Assembly (NCBI GenBank): GCA_030265395.1
Contig: JARFYF010000060.1
Span: forward strand, 16,006,657-16,070,656
Source: Rhina ancylostomus
Lineage: Eukaryota
Reading direction: 5' to 3'
Length of the DNA stretch: 64,000 bases
Below, in pieces: positions 1-13,200 of the stretch. The notes below the pieces were generated by a model. The model was not told the DNA's origin. It saw only the letters and a list, made by a program, of their open reading frames with translations, and searched no databases. How positions within the stretch are numbered: the stretch's first letter is position 1; each line of letters begins with the position of its first letter. The translations under genes and the position numbers were made by a program.

Positions 1-224
1 GTAGGGTCACCCATGGCGGTAAGGTCAATGGTGAGGTCCCTGACAAAGAACAATCCAACCAAGACCTCAACGGTGGAACAGGCGGACAAAGTTATTTCGA
101 ACTCAATGGCTTTGGAGGAGGATGATGGCTGCAACAAATCCATCAGCTCCAACCATCGTGGTTTCCATGCCATTGGAATCAGTAGGTTGATTTGTGAAGT
201 ATTTGTGTGCTTTTTGTAGTGCAA

Positions 225-445
225 CATCAAGTACACATTAAACAACCATGTGCACAGGCGTCTTCGCTCCGTGGGCTACTTCAGCGGAACGAAGACCATC
301 ATTCTCGACCTCAAGGGATAGCCACGATGACCAAATCTCCTCAAACTCCTAATGAAGTAGAGCTGCTGGTGTGCCTTCTTCATGATTGCATCAATATGTC
401 GATCAATCCACGATATCCACAGGATCACAATGTCTTGTGACACAG
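225..445 (-). mobile_element. Rex1/Babar-like LINE fragment
   Basis: Minus-strand KKAHQQLYFIRSLRRFG, typical of the region C-terminal to the RT in this clade (recalled). Confidence 0.6.
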
Positions 446-619
446 TACGGGGTAGAGTTAGTGTAGTCTGCATGGTCATGTCAGTAGTTATTGGTGAGAG
501 TTGGTTGTTGGGGTTGTATTTGGCGTTGATGGTTGAGTTTAGGATTAATGGCTAATGCTGGAGTTAGTAGTTGGGGGTTAAATGTTACAGTCAGAGTTGG
601 GAATTGGGGTGAATGATGC

Positions 620-725
620 GGCTGGAGCAACAAACAACCTGCTGGAGGAACAGAGTCAGGCAGCATCTGCGGGGTGGGGGGGTGGAATTGTCGACGTTTC
701 GGGTTGAAACCCTGCATCAGGAACC
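620..725 (-). mobile_element. Penelope-type terminal repeat with hammerhead-like core
   Basis: Same repeat (gctggaggaactcagc...gcagcatctg...gtttc..gg....ccttcatcag) recurs about 15 times in the window; minus strand reads CTGATGC-A-GGGT-TTCA-ACCC-GAAA-CGTC-GAC. Confidence 0.6.
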
Positions 726-929
726 ACTGGATTGGAGACAGTCTTTATTAGCAACAACAGCGTCGTTACACTTTTCCAGAGGCAATTGAAGGAATCTGTC
801 TACTGTATTCAGTATTCGCTGTTTAGTGTTTACCAGAATAATTCAGTGGTGGTCGGGCAGCTTGGCGTGCTGTTGGGATATTTGTACTTGATACATTAAA
901 TTGAGGTGCCGGGGCAGTGTGTGTGCAGA

Positions 930-1060
930 GCAGAGATTGGACAGGAGCCAAGCTCCACCTCCCTCACAGACTGGCTGCCTCGGTACCTGACGTCTGAGGC
1001 CGGCCGGCCAGATATAACCTGGGATCCGGGCTGCTTGTGCTTGTTGCTCGGAACCAATTA
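930..1060 (+). promoter_or_regulatory. Candidate promoter of short USP2 isoform
   Basis: ATTGG (reverse CCAAT) 936-940, CRE-like TGACGTCT 988-995, TATAA 1013-1017, CpG-rich, about 120 nt upstream of the ATG. Confidence 0.65.
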
Positions 1061-1132
1061 GGGGAGTGTTCAAAGATCCCAGGATCCAGGACGGGAGTAG
1101 CAATCCCAGTGCAGCGGCACCCGGCCGAGCTG

Positions 1133-1282
1133 ATGCCCAGCATGCGACAGTCCTACACGGTGACTGTACCCGAGGAGCCGGTCCTGACTCTCTTCAGCAA
1201 GGAGCTCCGCAGGAAGAGTCCTAGCGTCTCTGGATCCATGCTGGTCTCTACCTTCGTCGGACTCCTCATCAACCAGGCTAAG
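1133..1282 (+). CDS. USP2: USP2 coding exon 1 (isoform-specific first exon)
   Basis: [16 protein letters not shown]...LLINQAK then donor AAG|GTAAGG; second in-frame ATG at 1142. Confidence 0.92.
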
Positions 1283-4200
1283 GTAAGGACAGCGGTCAGC
1301 GGCCCGGGACACTCGGGTGAAGTAATAGCAGCACCGTAATATCAGTAGTGTGGCAACCTTCTTGTTTTAAATCGTATTTTGCCCCATCCCCAGTAACGTG
1401 GCAGGTTGGTCAGCGTCCGGAAGAGCAGTGCGGGTTGCTATTAGGGTGAGCGTCAGGGAGACCTGGGGAAGAAGCTGTCAGTGGGCGCTGAACTTAGGGA
1501 CTGTGAAATGCCTGTGATTCTAACAACCGATGCATCCATTTTCTGAGCCTTCTTGGATTAGATTAGTGTTGTAGCCCAGGAGGTGGCCCCTGGGTCTGTA
1601 CTGTTATCTGGTCCGTACCGTCTCTCCGTGGCTCTGAGATTGTTCTTCCAGTTCAAACACATATCCCCTCTCCAATCACCTTTTGAAATTGTATGTCTTT
1701 CTATCTTCGCCCCATCCCTGGAGGTGATATATCTAGTGCCGGTGAGCTAAAGCAAGGAGGTGTCTTAACATCGATTACACTTGCATTTTATAATTAACTC
1801 GGCCGGCTTTTCTCTGTGTTGGTTTGTTGATGAAGACTGTGGAAAGTCATCAGGCACCCACGTTCAGGATAGGAGGAAGCGACACAAGTGGGAGCAAAAC
1901 TAGACTGGATGGAAGTGGGAATTCTCAGAGAAGATAGTTTTCAGAAATGAAGCCAGTCTTTCCCTCCAGAATATACTTCCTTGGGAGATATCTTTATCCA
2001 TCTTGTTGTGCTCCCACTGCTGTTCAGGATCTTGCTGATGGTGATAACTGGTCAAACCTGGTCTGATTCACCTGAGTTCAGTGGTCAGGGGAACCTGGTT
2101 TCTGTTGTCTTTGCTCAGCTCGGCTTCGCTCTGCACCTGCCTCTGAGAGATCTGTATATGGTGCTGACATTCCAAAACAAAAGGAAACCTGCCTGATATA
2201 ACAATAATTACTGTGAGACGGACATAATGGTTACTTAGAGCTTGGAACCTTGATTAATTGGTCCTATGTTACATTTTGGTGAGCCCATGGAGGAAAGACC
2301 TGGGTTAGGGCAAATCAGTACATGTTAGTATCCAGGCTTGTCACTTCCTCCTCTGCTATCTTTGTCCTAACTTTATTTCTGCCCCCTCCTTTACTCTCTT
2401 CTTCTCCAGCCCTTGTTCTCTATATCTCTATCCACCCCACCCCACCCCGGCTCTGACCGTGTATGAATGTAAGTTCCATTTATATGTACGTACAGTATAC
2501 CTTCCATCCCCCCTCACTCACTTCCGATGAACTTGTTCATGTGTGACGTTTAAAGGGTCAGCTGATGCTTTGGTGTAGTTCAATCTAGTTTTGCTCGTGT
2601 GTCCAGTTCCAGTGGGTAGCCAGCCAGAGATGCCACCTTTAATATAAGGCTTGTTGCCAATAGTTAGTGAAAGTAGAGCAACATAAACAAATTAGGATAA
2701 TCTGTTTAAATGATCCAAGATTGATCTACAATTTTGTGTAATAAATAATAAAATGATTTCACTTTTAGTTTTTCTCTCCCCATAGACACTGCCTGATCTG
2801 CTCGACATTTCCAGCTTTCTTTGGTTTCAGATCTCAGACAGCTTGGACCTGTATTTCACAGTTTTGACATTCCACCCCCCCCCCCACCCTTTTATTCTCT
2901 CACTCTANNNNNNNNNNNNNNNNNNNNNNNNNNNNNNNNNNNNNNNNCCTCACATTATTAGAGAGACACCCTTGGTCTTATCCCATCGCACTCTCACCCT
3001 CTGTGCAACTTAAAACTAACTTGTTCTCTCACATTACCAATTCTGATGAATGGTCTACAACCTGAAACGTGAACTCTGTTTCTCTCTCCACAGATGCTGC
3101 CTGATCTGCTGAATGTTTCTAGAATTTTCTGTTTTATTTCAGATTTCAAGCGTCTTCATTTTTGTTTAAACGTTTTCATAAAGATCTAATATCAAAAGTC
3201 AGGTAAATAGTTTTAACCCTTCATGGAACTTGTATTCTGGTTTTCAAGATTCGCTACACTTCTCTCTGCACTCATTGTGAACTGAAGAGTTTGATCAGCA
3301 GGTCTGTCAGTGGTTGGCAGGTTCCATGATGGTGCAGCTGGATTCTTTGGTAGGGTTGGTGTTCACATTTCTGAAATAACTCTGAGATCTGGCTATTGAT
3401 TTAAGGAGCCTGTGGTGCAAGCAGTTGTTTTCTGCTGATTTGTGTGCTGAATTGGATATCTCATGCTCCTCCTCCATCTTGAGTTCACATGCAGATGCGC
3501 AGACCTTAATTCAAGCATATTGTCAGACCCTTTGCCGACAGTGCCAGCTCCATGTAGGGTGCAGGTCTCCTGTTCTCCTTCAGGCTGCACCTCTGGGCCA
3601 TGTCGATGTGCCCAAAAAGAATGCTGCCTGATATGACACAGCTTACAGTGTGAGACCTTGGAGCTTGGAACCTTGAGTAATTGTTCCCAGTTTAGGGCAA
3701 ATCATCAGAGTCCAAGCACCCTGCTCTCTGAAGGCACTAATTCTCAGTGGGTTTCAGGTTGACATATTATTTGCACTCTGAGGCTTCACTATGTGGCCAT
3801 TCTCAGAGTGTAGAAACATGCGCAGCTCAATTGTAGACCCAAAGTTATAAACTGAAGATTCTAGTTCTGATGAATGGTCTGAAACATTAACTCTGTTTTA
3901 CTTTCCACAGGCACTGCCAGAAGTGTGGAGTGTTTCCAGCATTTTCTGTTTTTATTCCAGGTGTAAGCACTCCACCTCCTGTTCATCACTCTGACATTTC
4001 CGATAATTTAATACTAAGCATGCTTTGAGACTGATGATTCGTGTTGTAGTTTGAGCTAGATTAACCATGTAAATCTGTACCTCACCCACTTCCATAAGGA
4101 ATAAGAAGCATAAATGATTCACTATACAGACATGACTAGGAGCAAAACCTGTGTGTACCTGTAACTGTTGATCTTGTTCCCAGGGAAATGAAAGGGGTGC

Positions 4201-7200
4201 AGTAAGTGATCACAGTACCTCTGCACTGATTCCCTCCCAGTGTGTCTTGAGGAGGCATCTGGGGAATGTGTGATCTGGCTGCTTTTCTTGTAGTCCTCTG
4301 AATTCAGACCACTCAAAATACTGTCAGGAACAATGAAGTGGAGATGTTCTTTTATTTAAGTTCCCTTATTTGAGAGTTCTTAGCTACATTGTAGTACTGA
4401 AAAAGTATTTTGATCCTAAATCTGGGTTTAATCAGTTCCTATCAGAGGAAGCAGATTCAGTCCAAAGAGGATTAGACCCGCCTTATTTTCCAGATGTGGG
4501 TCGCCGCTGGTCTCGCTTTCCTCTGCGGTTGGGAGATAGGGCCAAACCATATTCCCATCCCATCCCATCCGCAGAGTGAGACCGTCTCAGAGGAGGGTGC
4601 TGCTAAATAGGATTAATATAGAGAGGTATCGGGTGGTCGGCATTAAGTTTCTCTGCTGTTCACAACCCCATTATCGGGCAGCATCGGCAGGTGGTGGGAG
4701 GAAGTCGGTGAGGAATTCACCTGCAGGGAAACTCTCTCTCTCTCTCTTTTATTTCTTCCTCTCTATGGCTGTGTGCCTTCCTCTCTCGTGTTGGTTTCAG
4801 AATGCCAGGCACATCCAGGATTGAGGAATGTTATCACCGAGCGAAAAGCGGGTGATAGCGGACCGGCTACGCGTTTGGGGGGGGTGGTGTGGGGGAGCGT
4901 GGCGATCTGGTAGCCGGAGCCCGCTTTACACCCGATAATAAAAATTAAACTCCCACGTCCGTCGCCTGGCATGGGGGGGGGGGGGGGGNNNNNNNNNNNN
5001 NNNNNNNNNNNNNNNNNNNNNNNNNNNNNNNNNNNNNNNNNNNNNNNNNNNNNNNNNNNNNNNNNNNNNNNNNNNNNNNNNNNNNNNNAGAGAAGAAACA
5101 ACTCCCTTGCAATGCGCGTCACGCTCGGTGTAATGGTGCCAGACGGAGCCTGGGGCAGGCGAACAGCGATTAATGAAAATGGTGTAACGTCAAGGGCTCG
5201 GAGACGTCATTGCAGCCGTCTGTCATCTTATCCAAGGATCCAGGCTGTGTTGCTATTCTCAGCCGAGTTGCACTCGACAGATTATCTCGGTGGCTATTTC
5301 TGATCTCCTTGGCCTGGTTAGCAGTGTGCCCTGCCTGTGTGGGTATCAAAGAGAAACCAGTGGCTTTTCATAACCACTGTGATGGTTCTATGCACATGTG
5401 CCACGTTTAGTTCCAGCGAGATACAATCAAGTAGTCCTGGGACCTTGTAACTGAAGCAGAGTCTGACCTCCGTCCAATATCGACCCGGTTGTCCCCATAA
5501 CATTGGACTCTCCAGACCTTTCGCCGTCTGCCACTAAGTAGTTTAAAATAAAAGCACTTTTTTTTTTCGTGAATGATCAGAGTGTAGAACTTCTTACCAC
5601 GAACAAGGATTGAGGCGAATGGCATAGATGCAATGAAAGGGAAGCCACAAAAACACACGAGGGAAGGAAATGGAGGTATATGTTAAGGTGAAGTGGGATA
5701 ATGTGCGAAGAGGCGTGTGACCCCCAGCATAAGTACATATTTTTACAGGGGCTGGTGTATTTACAGAAGAATCTCTTAACCAGGATCAATTCAATTTATT
5801 AAAGGTGGCAGATTTAGGATATTGCCTCTTTTGTGAATGGGAAAGGACAGTAACCAGGGCATAGCACGTCAGGATTAGTGGGAGAGGCCCTTCTGGGACC
5901 AGGACTATGAGCAAAGTAAGAAGGAACAACAGGAAGGCTGGTGGTGAACATTACCCGAGTGATTGTAGGAATCTAGTACAATCGCCAGGACAAAGGAGTG
6001 GGACGAAAGAAACAAAGCAGAAAATGCTGGGAATACTCAGCAGATTGGGCAGTGTCTGTGGGAAGAGAGAAGCAAAGATAATCTTTCAGTTCAGTGATCC
6101 TTCATCAGCAGTGGAAAAGTGAGAATGCTGAGAGGTGGGGAGGGAACAGAGGGAATGTTTATGGAAAGTGGGAACCAAGGTTGTTGAGGTGATGCAGTGC
6201 TTCAGGGCTGTCTGGTTCATAGATGAGAGGGCAAGCAGAGCAAAAAAAAAAGCCAAAAGAACAGACTGGAACTTTGAGAGGCAGAACAGAGCAGTCCCTG
6301 GCTATCTGAAATAAAAGGGAATGCTGGAAATACTCAGCAGAACAGACAGCATCTGTGGAGAGAGAAAAATGAGTTAAGGTGGATGGCCTACTGATTTCCA
6401 GCAACTGCTGTGCCCTCCCCTCTCACAGTTACACTCCTCTGCCCCTCATTCTTTCTCCAGCCATCCTCATTCATTTGACTGAAAAAATATATCCATACTG
6501 AGGGTAGCCAACACACTGTGATGTTGGGAAAAATATTGAATGGGTGCTCCCTGACTTGAACATGACATGTCATCTGAAGGACAGCACAATGCATCCTCTG
6601 TACTGGAAGTCTGACACTGCGGTTCCCTCCAGTCAGAAGTGTCAGCCTTGATTTTATGCTTAGGATTCTGTAGTGGGAATTGAACTCAAGCTTCAACTCA
6701 GAGGATTGTATGCTTGTTATTACTTACNNNNNNNNNNGTTCATATTGTCAGTGACGCTTCTGGCAATAGACTTCAAGAATATCCCTGTATTCTTTAACTA
6801 TAAAGGATACTTCAATGTGAAGCGCTTGAGTCAACTCTCATAAAATGAAAGTCTTCTGTTGTATCAGTCAACTTCACAGTAATGTTTTAGCCTGTGATAA
6901 ACTGCATCTGATGGCTTTCCATCACATGCAAAAGAGCTGAGAAGTCGGGGTGTTTTGGAAGGCCAACTGCAATTAAAGAGATTGTTTGAAAGGTGAGCAA
7001 TTGCAGCAAATCACTTTCACACAGCTTGTATACGCTGGGCAGAGCTTCCAATAACAGGCTGCAAATTTACTATTTGCCAGAAACCGATTGTAAGGCAGAC
7101 AGAGAAGCAATCAAACAGAGAGAAAGAGGAAAAGTTCAGTTTTTTTCCCTTTAGAGACCTTCACAAATCAAAATTGGCCTCAGGGGCATAGAAATGCAAG

Positions 7201-10200
7201 GTCTATCACTGGTTTATTGAATGAATTGTCAGCAGGGAAAATCGCACTTGGCCCAAAACATACAACTCAGTGGAAATAATCAGCAGGTCAGTAAAACAGA
7301 AGTGGACAAAAGTTTTTAAAAAAACTACATTCATTGGAATTTTAAAATAAAAGCAGAAATTTCTGGAATACTCGATCAGGCAGCATCTGTAGGGACTAGA
7401 CAGATTGAATGTTTCAGGTTGATGACTTTTCCTCAGAACTTCTGAACTTCCAACAATGCAGCACCCCTTCACTACTGGCCCTCTAACCACATAGTGCTCC
7501 CTTGGTGAGAAAGCATCAAGCTTGATTTTATGCTTAGACCTCAGGAGAGGGATTTAAACCCACAAACTTCCAATTCCTTCCTTTGAATGCTAATCGCTGT
7601 CTAGTTTTGGAAATTCAATTACGTTTTCATTGGTTCTGATGAAAGGAAATTGCCCTGGAACATTAACAATGTTCTCTCTCCACCCATGGGTATGAACTGC
7701 TGAGCATTTCCAGCTTTTTATGTTTTTATTTCAGATTTCTAGCATCTGGGGGGTGTTGTAAACATAGTGGAATTTACTTTTTGTTGGGTAATTCATTCCA
7801 AATCATTCCACTGCTGGTGACTACCCACAAAGAGCAGTAGTTTGCTCCCCTTCCTATATATTTCAAGACAGCCTTGGTTTGACGGACACCATTATACTTG
7901 TTTCTGCATGCAGCTATGACCTTTATGGCTGGCCAGCTGGCCACATAGATGTCTGTAGCTGAAAATAAAGATTAGGGTCACCCTAATTAAGGCACATACA
8001 TAAGCTTAAACTGATATCATACCACAGAGGTGCAGCTACATATTCAAGTTCTGTTTCTGTCATCTGAAACTCTTTGGCTCCCAGGTTAGTGAAGATCTCA
8101 GCAGAACTCTCATAGTCCTGATCTGTTCACAAATGAAACAGTACCATAGCAGTGTTTACGTTGTCAACCTCTGCTGGAAACCTATACACTGACTCAGGGT
8201 TTATTGGGCTTGGATCAGGAATGGGCCAGTTTGAACTGAGACCAGGTTAATTGGGCTTAGAACAGGAATTGCCTGGAGTCGATCAACCCTATTGCACTTA
8301 GTCTCAGCTCCTGTGGTTCAGATGGGAATAATTTGGCCGGAGTACTTATATCTGATCTCCAAACAAATTGTTCCTCCTGCAGTGTGTGCATTTGCTGTGT
8401 GGGGAGAGAATTGGACTTGGTCATGATGTTCACATGGTCGAATAATGTTTCAGAACCTTCTGTTTAGAGAATGGCCACAGGGCCTGGCAATCTCCAGAGT
8501 TTATTTTATTCAGGAGTGGGCACTGGGGATTGCAGGCTTACTCCACAGGTAGTTTGGTTACAGAAGGATTAGTATTTCCTGGGTTTTGTCAATGGAATAA
8601 AATGCCAGCACAAAGTCATGAGATGGAATTAAAGGGAATAGAAGCAGGAATAATCAGGCCCATTCACAGAACAAATTCAAGAGGAATTTCAGCATTTGTT
8701 CAGCTTTGGTTCACAGGCCATTGATCTCAGTTCCTAGAATTACAGGTCATTTCAAAAATTAAAATTCAGCATTGATAAAGCAGCTCAGAGCTTTAGAACT
8801 TGGTTGGTCAGAATGAATGGTGCAAGGCTAAATTCACAACTCACTGGATTCATTTGTTCAAATCATGTGCAGCACTTTCAGTAAACAGAATCTGCCGATA
8901 ACAGAATAGCCCAGCACAGCTCACTCTCACCTCTTAGCCTGAAGGTCACGGGCTCTCGTCCCACTCAAGAGTTCAGAACACAAAGTCTGAGTTGGTATGA
9001 GGTAATGCTACAAAGGCAGTGCTTCTTTGTCAAGGGACTGAGAGAGCAGCGCACTGTGGTGGACCAATACTGAGGCAGTGCTGCACTGTCAGAGGAGGGG
9101 CGCTGAGGCAGTCAGAGGTGTTGCCTTTTAAATAATGTAATAAATGAAAAATTCATCTCCCCTCTTAGGTGGATGTAAGCGATCACACTGAACTTTCAAA
9201 AAGTGCGTCGTTCTCGCCCATCGTTCTTCCCACAACCAACATCACATTGTTGTTTGATTCTCACAGCAGATAAAGTAGCAACAAAATGTAGTTACAGGAC
9301 TTCAAAAGTAATTTGTATGGATATTTCTCCCAGACTTGATCACTTGTTGTAACTGTTTTACATTAGGATTCTCGTTCTTCTGAGGGTGTCCCTCAGGATC
9401 AAGGGTGACTTGCTTCTGCTTTGTTTCAGTGGGTTCTGAAGAGGTTATTGGGGCCACCGTGGAAACCACAGATGCTTCCACAGATAGGGCAGGAAGTGTC
9501 TGACGGAGTGCCTGGTGGGTAGATTGTGACACCATGTGCACCTTCTGCAACTAACACGGGGGCAGTGTGTGCTCCCTGTGCAGGGCCATGCCGGTTCTGA
9601 ATTCCATCCCAAATGCTCCTTCTCCACTTTGAGCAGTGATGGGCCAGAAATTCCTAGGAGCCACTGGGGACGTCATATGTTTTGAAGAAAGCTTTGAGCA
9701 CATCCTAGGATCCTTCCTTCTGTCTATGTGGTAATCTGTTCCCTTGAGAGAACTCAGAATACCAGGTTTCAGGAGTCCAGTGTTGGCCATGCGAATGACA
9801 ACTACATCACTGACCAAGTCCAACTTTGGCCTCAATGTTGGTCAAGTTAGCCTAGGAGAGGACATTGATATTGGTTTGCTTATCATTCCAGTGTGGTGGT
9901 ATTTTCAAGTGCCTTGAGGTGCCAGCTTTATGTAGTCCAGGTCACAGAAACATATAGGAGGCCGGGGAATATTGGATGGTGACATACAGTGTAGGCTTAC
10001 ACACTAGCAATGGCTGCTTGGTTGAGATATGAATCCTGCCACTCATGCATTTCACCAATCCCCATTTCACCAGGGAATCCATACCCCAGCAACCCAAGGA
10101 CAGTCAGTCCAAGTGGTACCTATATCCCAGGGAGACTTGGTATACACAAGCTTGGGTAAGGGAAGGAGGGAACTTCCTTTTAATAAAAACTAAATGTTCA

Positions 10201-13200
10201 GCACCCGTCAGGTTAATAAGTATCCATGTCAGGACATGTTTAATTGGCTTTCTTTTGTTATGTGTAAGGATCTGAGGACATTGAGTGCTGGGATTACTGG
10301 CATTAGTGTTTACTCCAACTGTGATTTAAGGTGTTTGTTCCACCCTTGTGTTTTTCACTTCTAATTAATTCAAAGCCCAAGTGGACTCCCATCTGTGAGA
10401 CTATTATTTCTCATAACCTTTAAAATCTCCAATTTAATCTTTTTCTCCTACTTCTGTTTTACAGAATTCTAAAACCAGTCAGGGGCTTGTGGGACTTCGG
10501 AATCTGGGCAACACTGTAAGTTTTATTTTCAGTAGAAAACAGATTAACTTGATTCTGGGTAATCTCCAGAAACTGGCACTTATTTAAGAATGTGTTTTGC
10601 AGTTATTTGTATTGATTTAAAGGGGGGCAGTGCTGGATGACATAGGATGCAGGCTAAAGGTTTAATTTTTGGAAATTTCAGGCCAGTCGTAGAGAATTGG
10701 CACTATTAGAGACACTCCTTCAGTGTAATAACTTCTTAGCTAAGTGCCTATAATGAAGCAATCCACTCGACATGATGATCCAAGCTTTTGTGAGATTCAG
10801 TTCTCTTTCCCAGTAGGTTTGACTCCCAAATACTCTGCTTCTAACACACTCTCAAATCAGCCAAACATCTTACCTACCAAACCGATGTTGTGCTAGTCTT
10901 GGGAGTATTTAATGGGAAAGTGTAAATGAAGCTTTATTTTGCATCCAACCTGTGGTGTAACTGCCCCATTAGTGTTTGATGAGAAACTGAGCTCGCTGTT
11001 AGTCGTCACAGCTGTACATTGAGAGCTCAGAATTTATTTCTGAGAAACAAAGGTTCCTTTTGAGATTCTCTTTCAAATCTGCAGGATTTCATGGACATGT
11101 AAACGGGGAAGCAGTCCAAGGTCTGTATGTCATTTTCATTGTGAAGACAGCAGGATTTGGATCATGGGTTGACTGCTCAAACCTTCCCCCCAAATAGGCA
11201 AGAGCAAGAACGGGCACCACAGGTGGGGGGCAGAATTTCCCAGGCAAACTTGGATCTCATTCAATGTGCACACAGTTTCCAGCTCATGTCATTGAAGCAA
11301 TTCGGAGCAAGGGTTTTGGCTGATTTTATTCCCCACATCCCATAGCCTGTGGGCATTGAAGATCGTTGTCACGTTGTTATACTCTTTCCAGCCAACACCA
11401 GCTAACAGAGTGGGCATCAGTTCCTGGGATTTCTTTAAAGTGACCCTGAGTAACATATTTGCTATATGATGTATTCAAGGATTATGAATTTGGTTGTGAA
11501 GTGGTGGAGTGGATTGGGTATTCACATTCCAGTGTCATCAGTTGGACAAGGTGAGACAGCAGGAAATAGGGAAAGTTCGAAACAGCTTGTGAATCAAACC
11601 CAAAACAGCCCTTGTTGATTAAACACTGGTTGAGTGTTTCCATGTTATGGAAATGGTGGTGCAGGATTTGCAGGCACCCAACTGAATCCAAGACACCTGC
11701 TTTTGCCTCTGTTGTATAAACTAGCTAAGGTTGCTAATTCAAACTATGTTTAACACGGCTCTTAAAAGCACAAACTCAGCTAGAGGTTGCCGATGGGGGT
11801 TAGTGAACTGTAATGAAAGAAAGTAAGTCAAGAGAAAACTGCCATTGGCTCTTGGGGGGGGGGGGTGGAGNNNNNNNNNNNNNNNNNNNNNNNNNNNNNN
11901 NNNNNNNNNNNNNNNNNNNNNNNNNNNNNNNNNNNNNNNNNNNNNNNNNNNNNNNNNNNNNNNNNNNNNNGGGGGGGGGGGGGGGGCGGGAGGGATGACC
12001 TGCCTCTCAGAGTCATTATCCTTTCACATTTGATGCCAGCATACCCCTCACCTGATATGAAGCAAATTTAACTCCTTTGAGAGATTTTTTTTTTGGCAAG
12101 CTCAATCCTTACAAATGTAAGTATTCTGCTGAATATTGATCTGGTATTCAGCAGAACACTACAGATGTGCTGCAGTGGGGCTGCACTGGGGCTGTTTGGG
12201 GTTCAAACCCAAGGTCTTCTGATTGAGACACTGTTTCTATCACAGTGTTGGAGGCTGGTGCCATAGGGCAGGAAATCAGATTGATGAACAGGAGAAGGGA
12301 GGAAAACAGGAAGACAGAGTGCATGATATAGAAATGCTCTGGTATCCTGGAATTTGTTGCATTAGGTTTATCTTTCTTCCTCTTGAGAGTAGTGATCACT
12401 TAGTAACTGCAGCCCATCTTTTGTTTCTGTTGCTGTTAAGAGTTAAGCAAGTCATTGGTGCCAGTGACTCCACAGAGTGCAAAATTGTCCTACCCCTGGG
12501 ATCTGTAGCAGTGCCTCAGTGAGTGCAAGTTATTATTTTGCAGAATAGCCCAGAGCTATTCCACCTGTTCCTGCCTCTGATGTGCCTGGTCATTTGCATT
12601 CCTTTTCCCGTCTCCACTTTTGCTGCAGTGCTTCATGAACTCGATCTTGCAATGTCTGAGCAACACCCGGGAGCTGCGAGACTATTGTATTCAGAACACC
12701 TACCGGCGAGAGCTCAACAACCGGAGCCGCACCAACACAGCACTCATGGAAGGTAAGCACTCCTGCTGAATGTTGTCTGAGACCAATGGGGATGCCCTTA
12801 AACCTCTGCTTCCCCAGTTGGAGATGCCATAATTGCCACCTGACCTGCTGTGTTTTTCCATCGCGTTCTGTTTTTATGCCACAAATACAATGAAGTATTG
12901 CAAAATGTGTTGCAGTTCCAAACCCAGCCCCTGGGTTTCTTGAGTACTGCACCTTAGTTATACCATTATAATTACTGCCTATTGATCGTACATCACTATA
13001 AGTGTTAACTATGAAGATACCTCTTGAAGCATATTTACTTCCAAAAGTTTACCATCTAGCAACTTGTGGCAAAAGAAAGATAGCCCACCAGATGCAAATC
13101 ACCATGACAGCTGACACTCAACCTTGTGAGTTTCATAAACGCGTTGAATGTGGAAGGTCCCAGATGCTGCAATGCCCTTATCCTGCTGTTATCACCGTCC

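Noticed and set aside
4713-4727. 15-mer gaattcacctgcagg shared with 29464-29478, both in CpG-rich islands
   Set aside because: A rough estimate gives one or two chance 15-mer matches in 64 kb, and the flanks do not align
10885-10985. Segment similar to 47665-47750 (ttgggagtatttaatgggaaagtgtaa...)
   Set aside because: Looks like decayed units of a common dispersed chondrichthyan repeat rather than a locus-specific element
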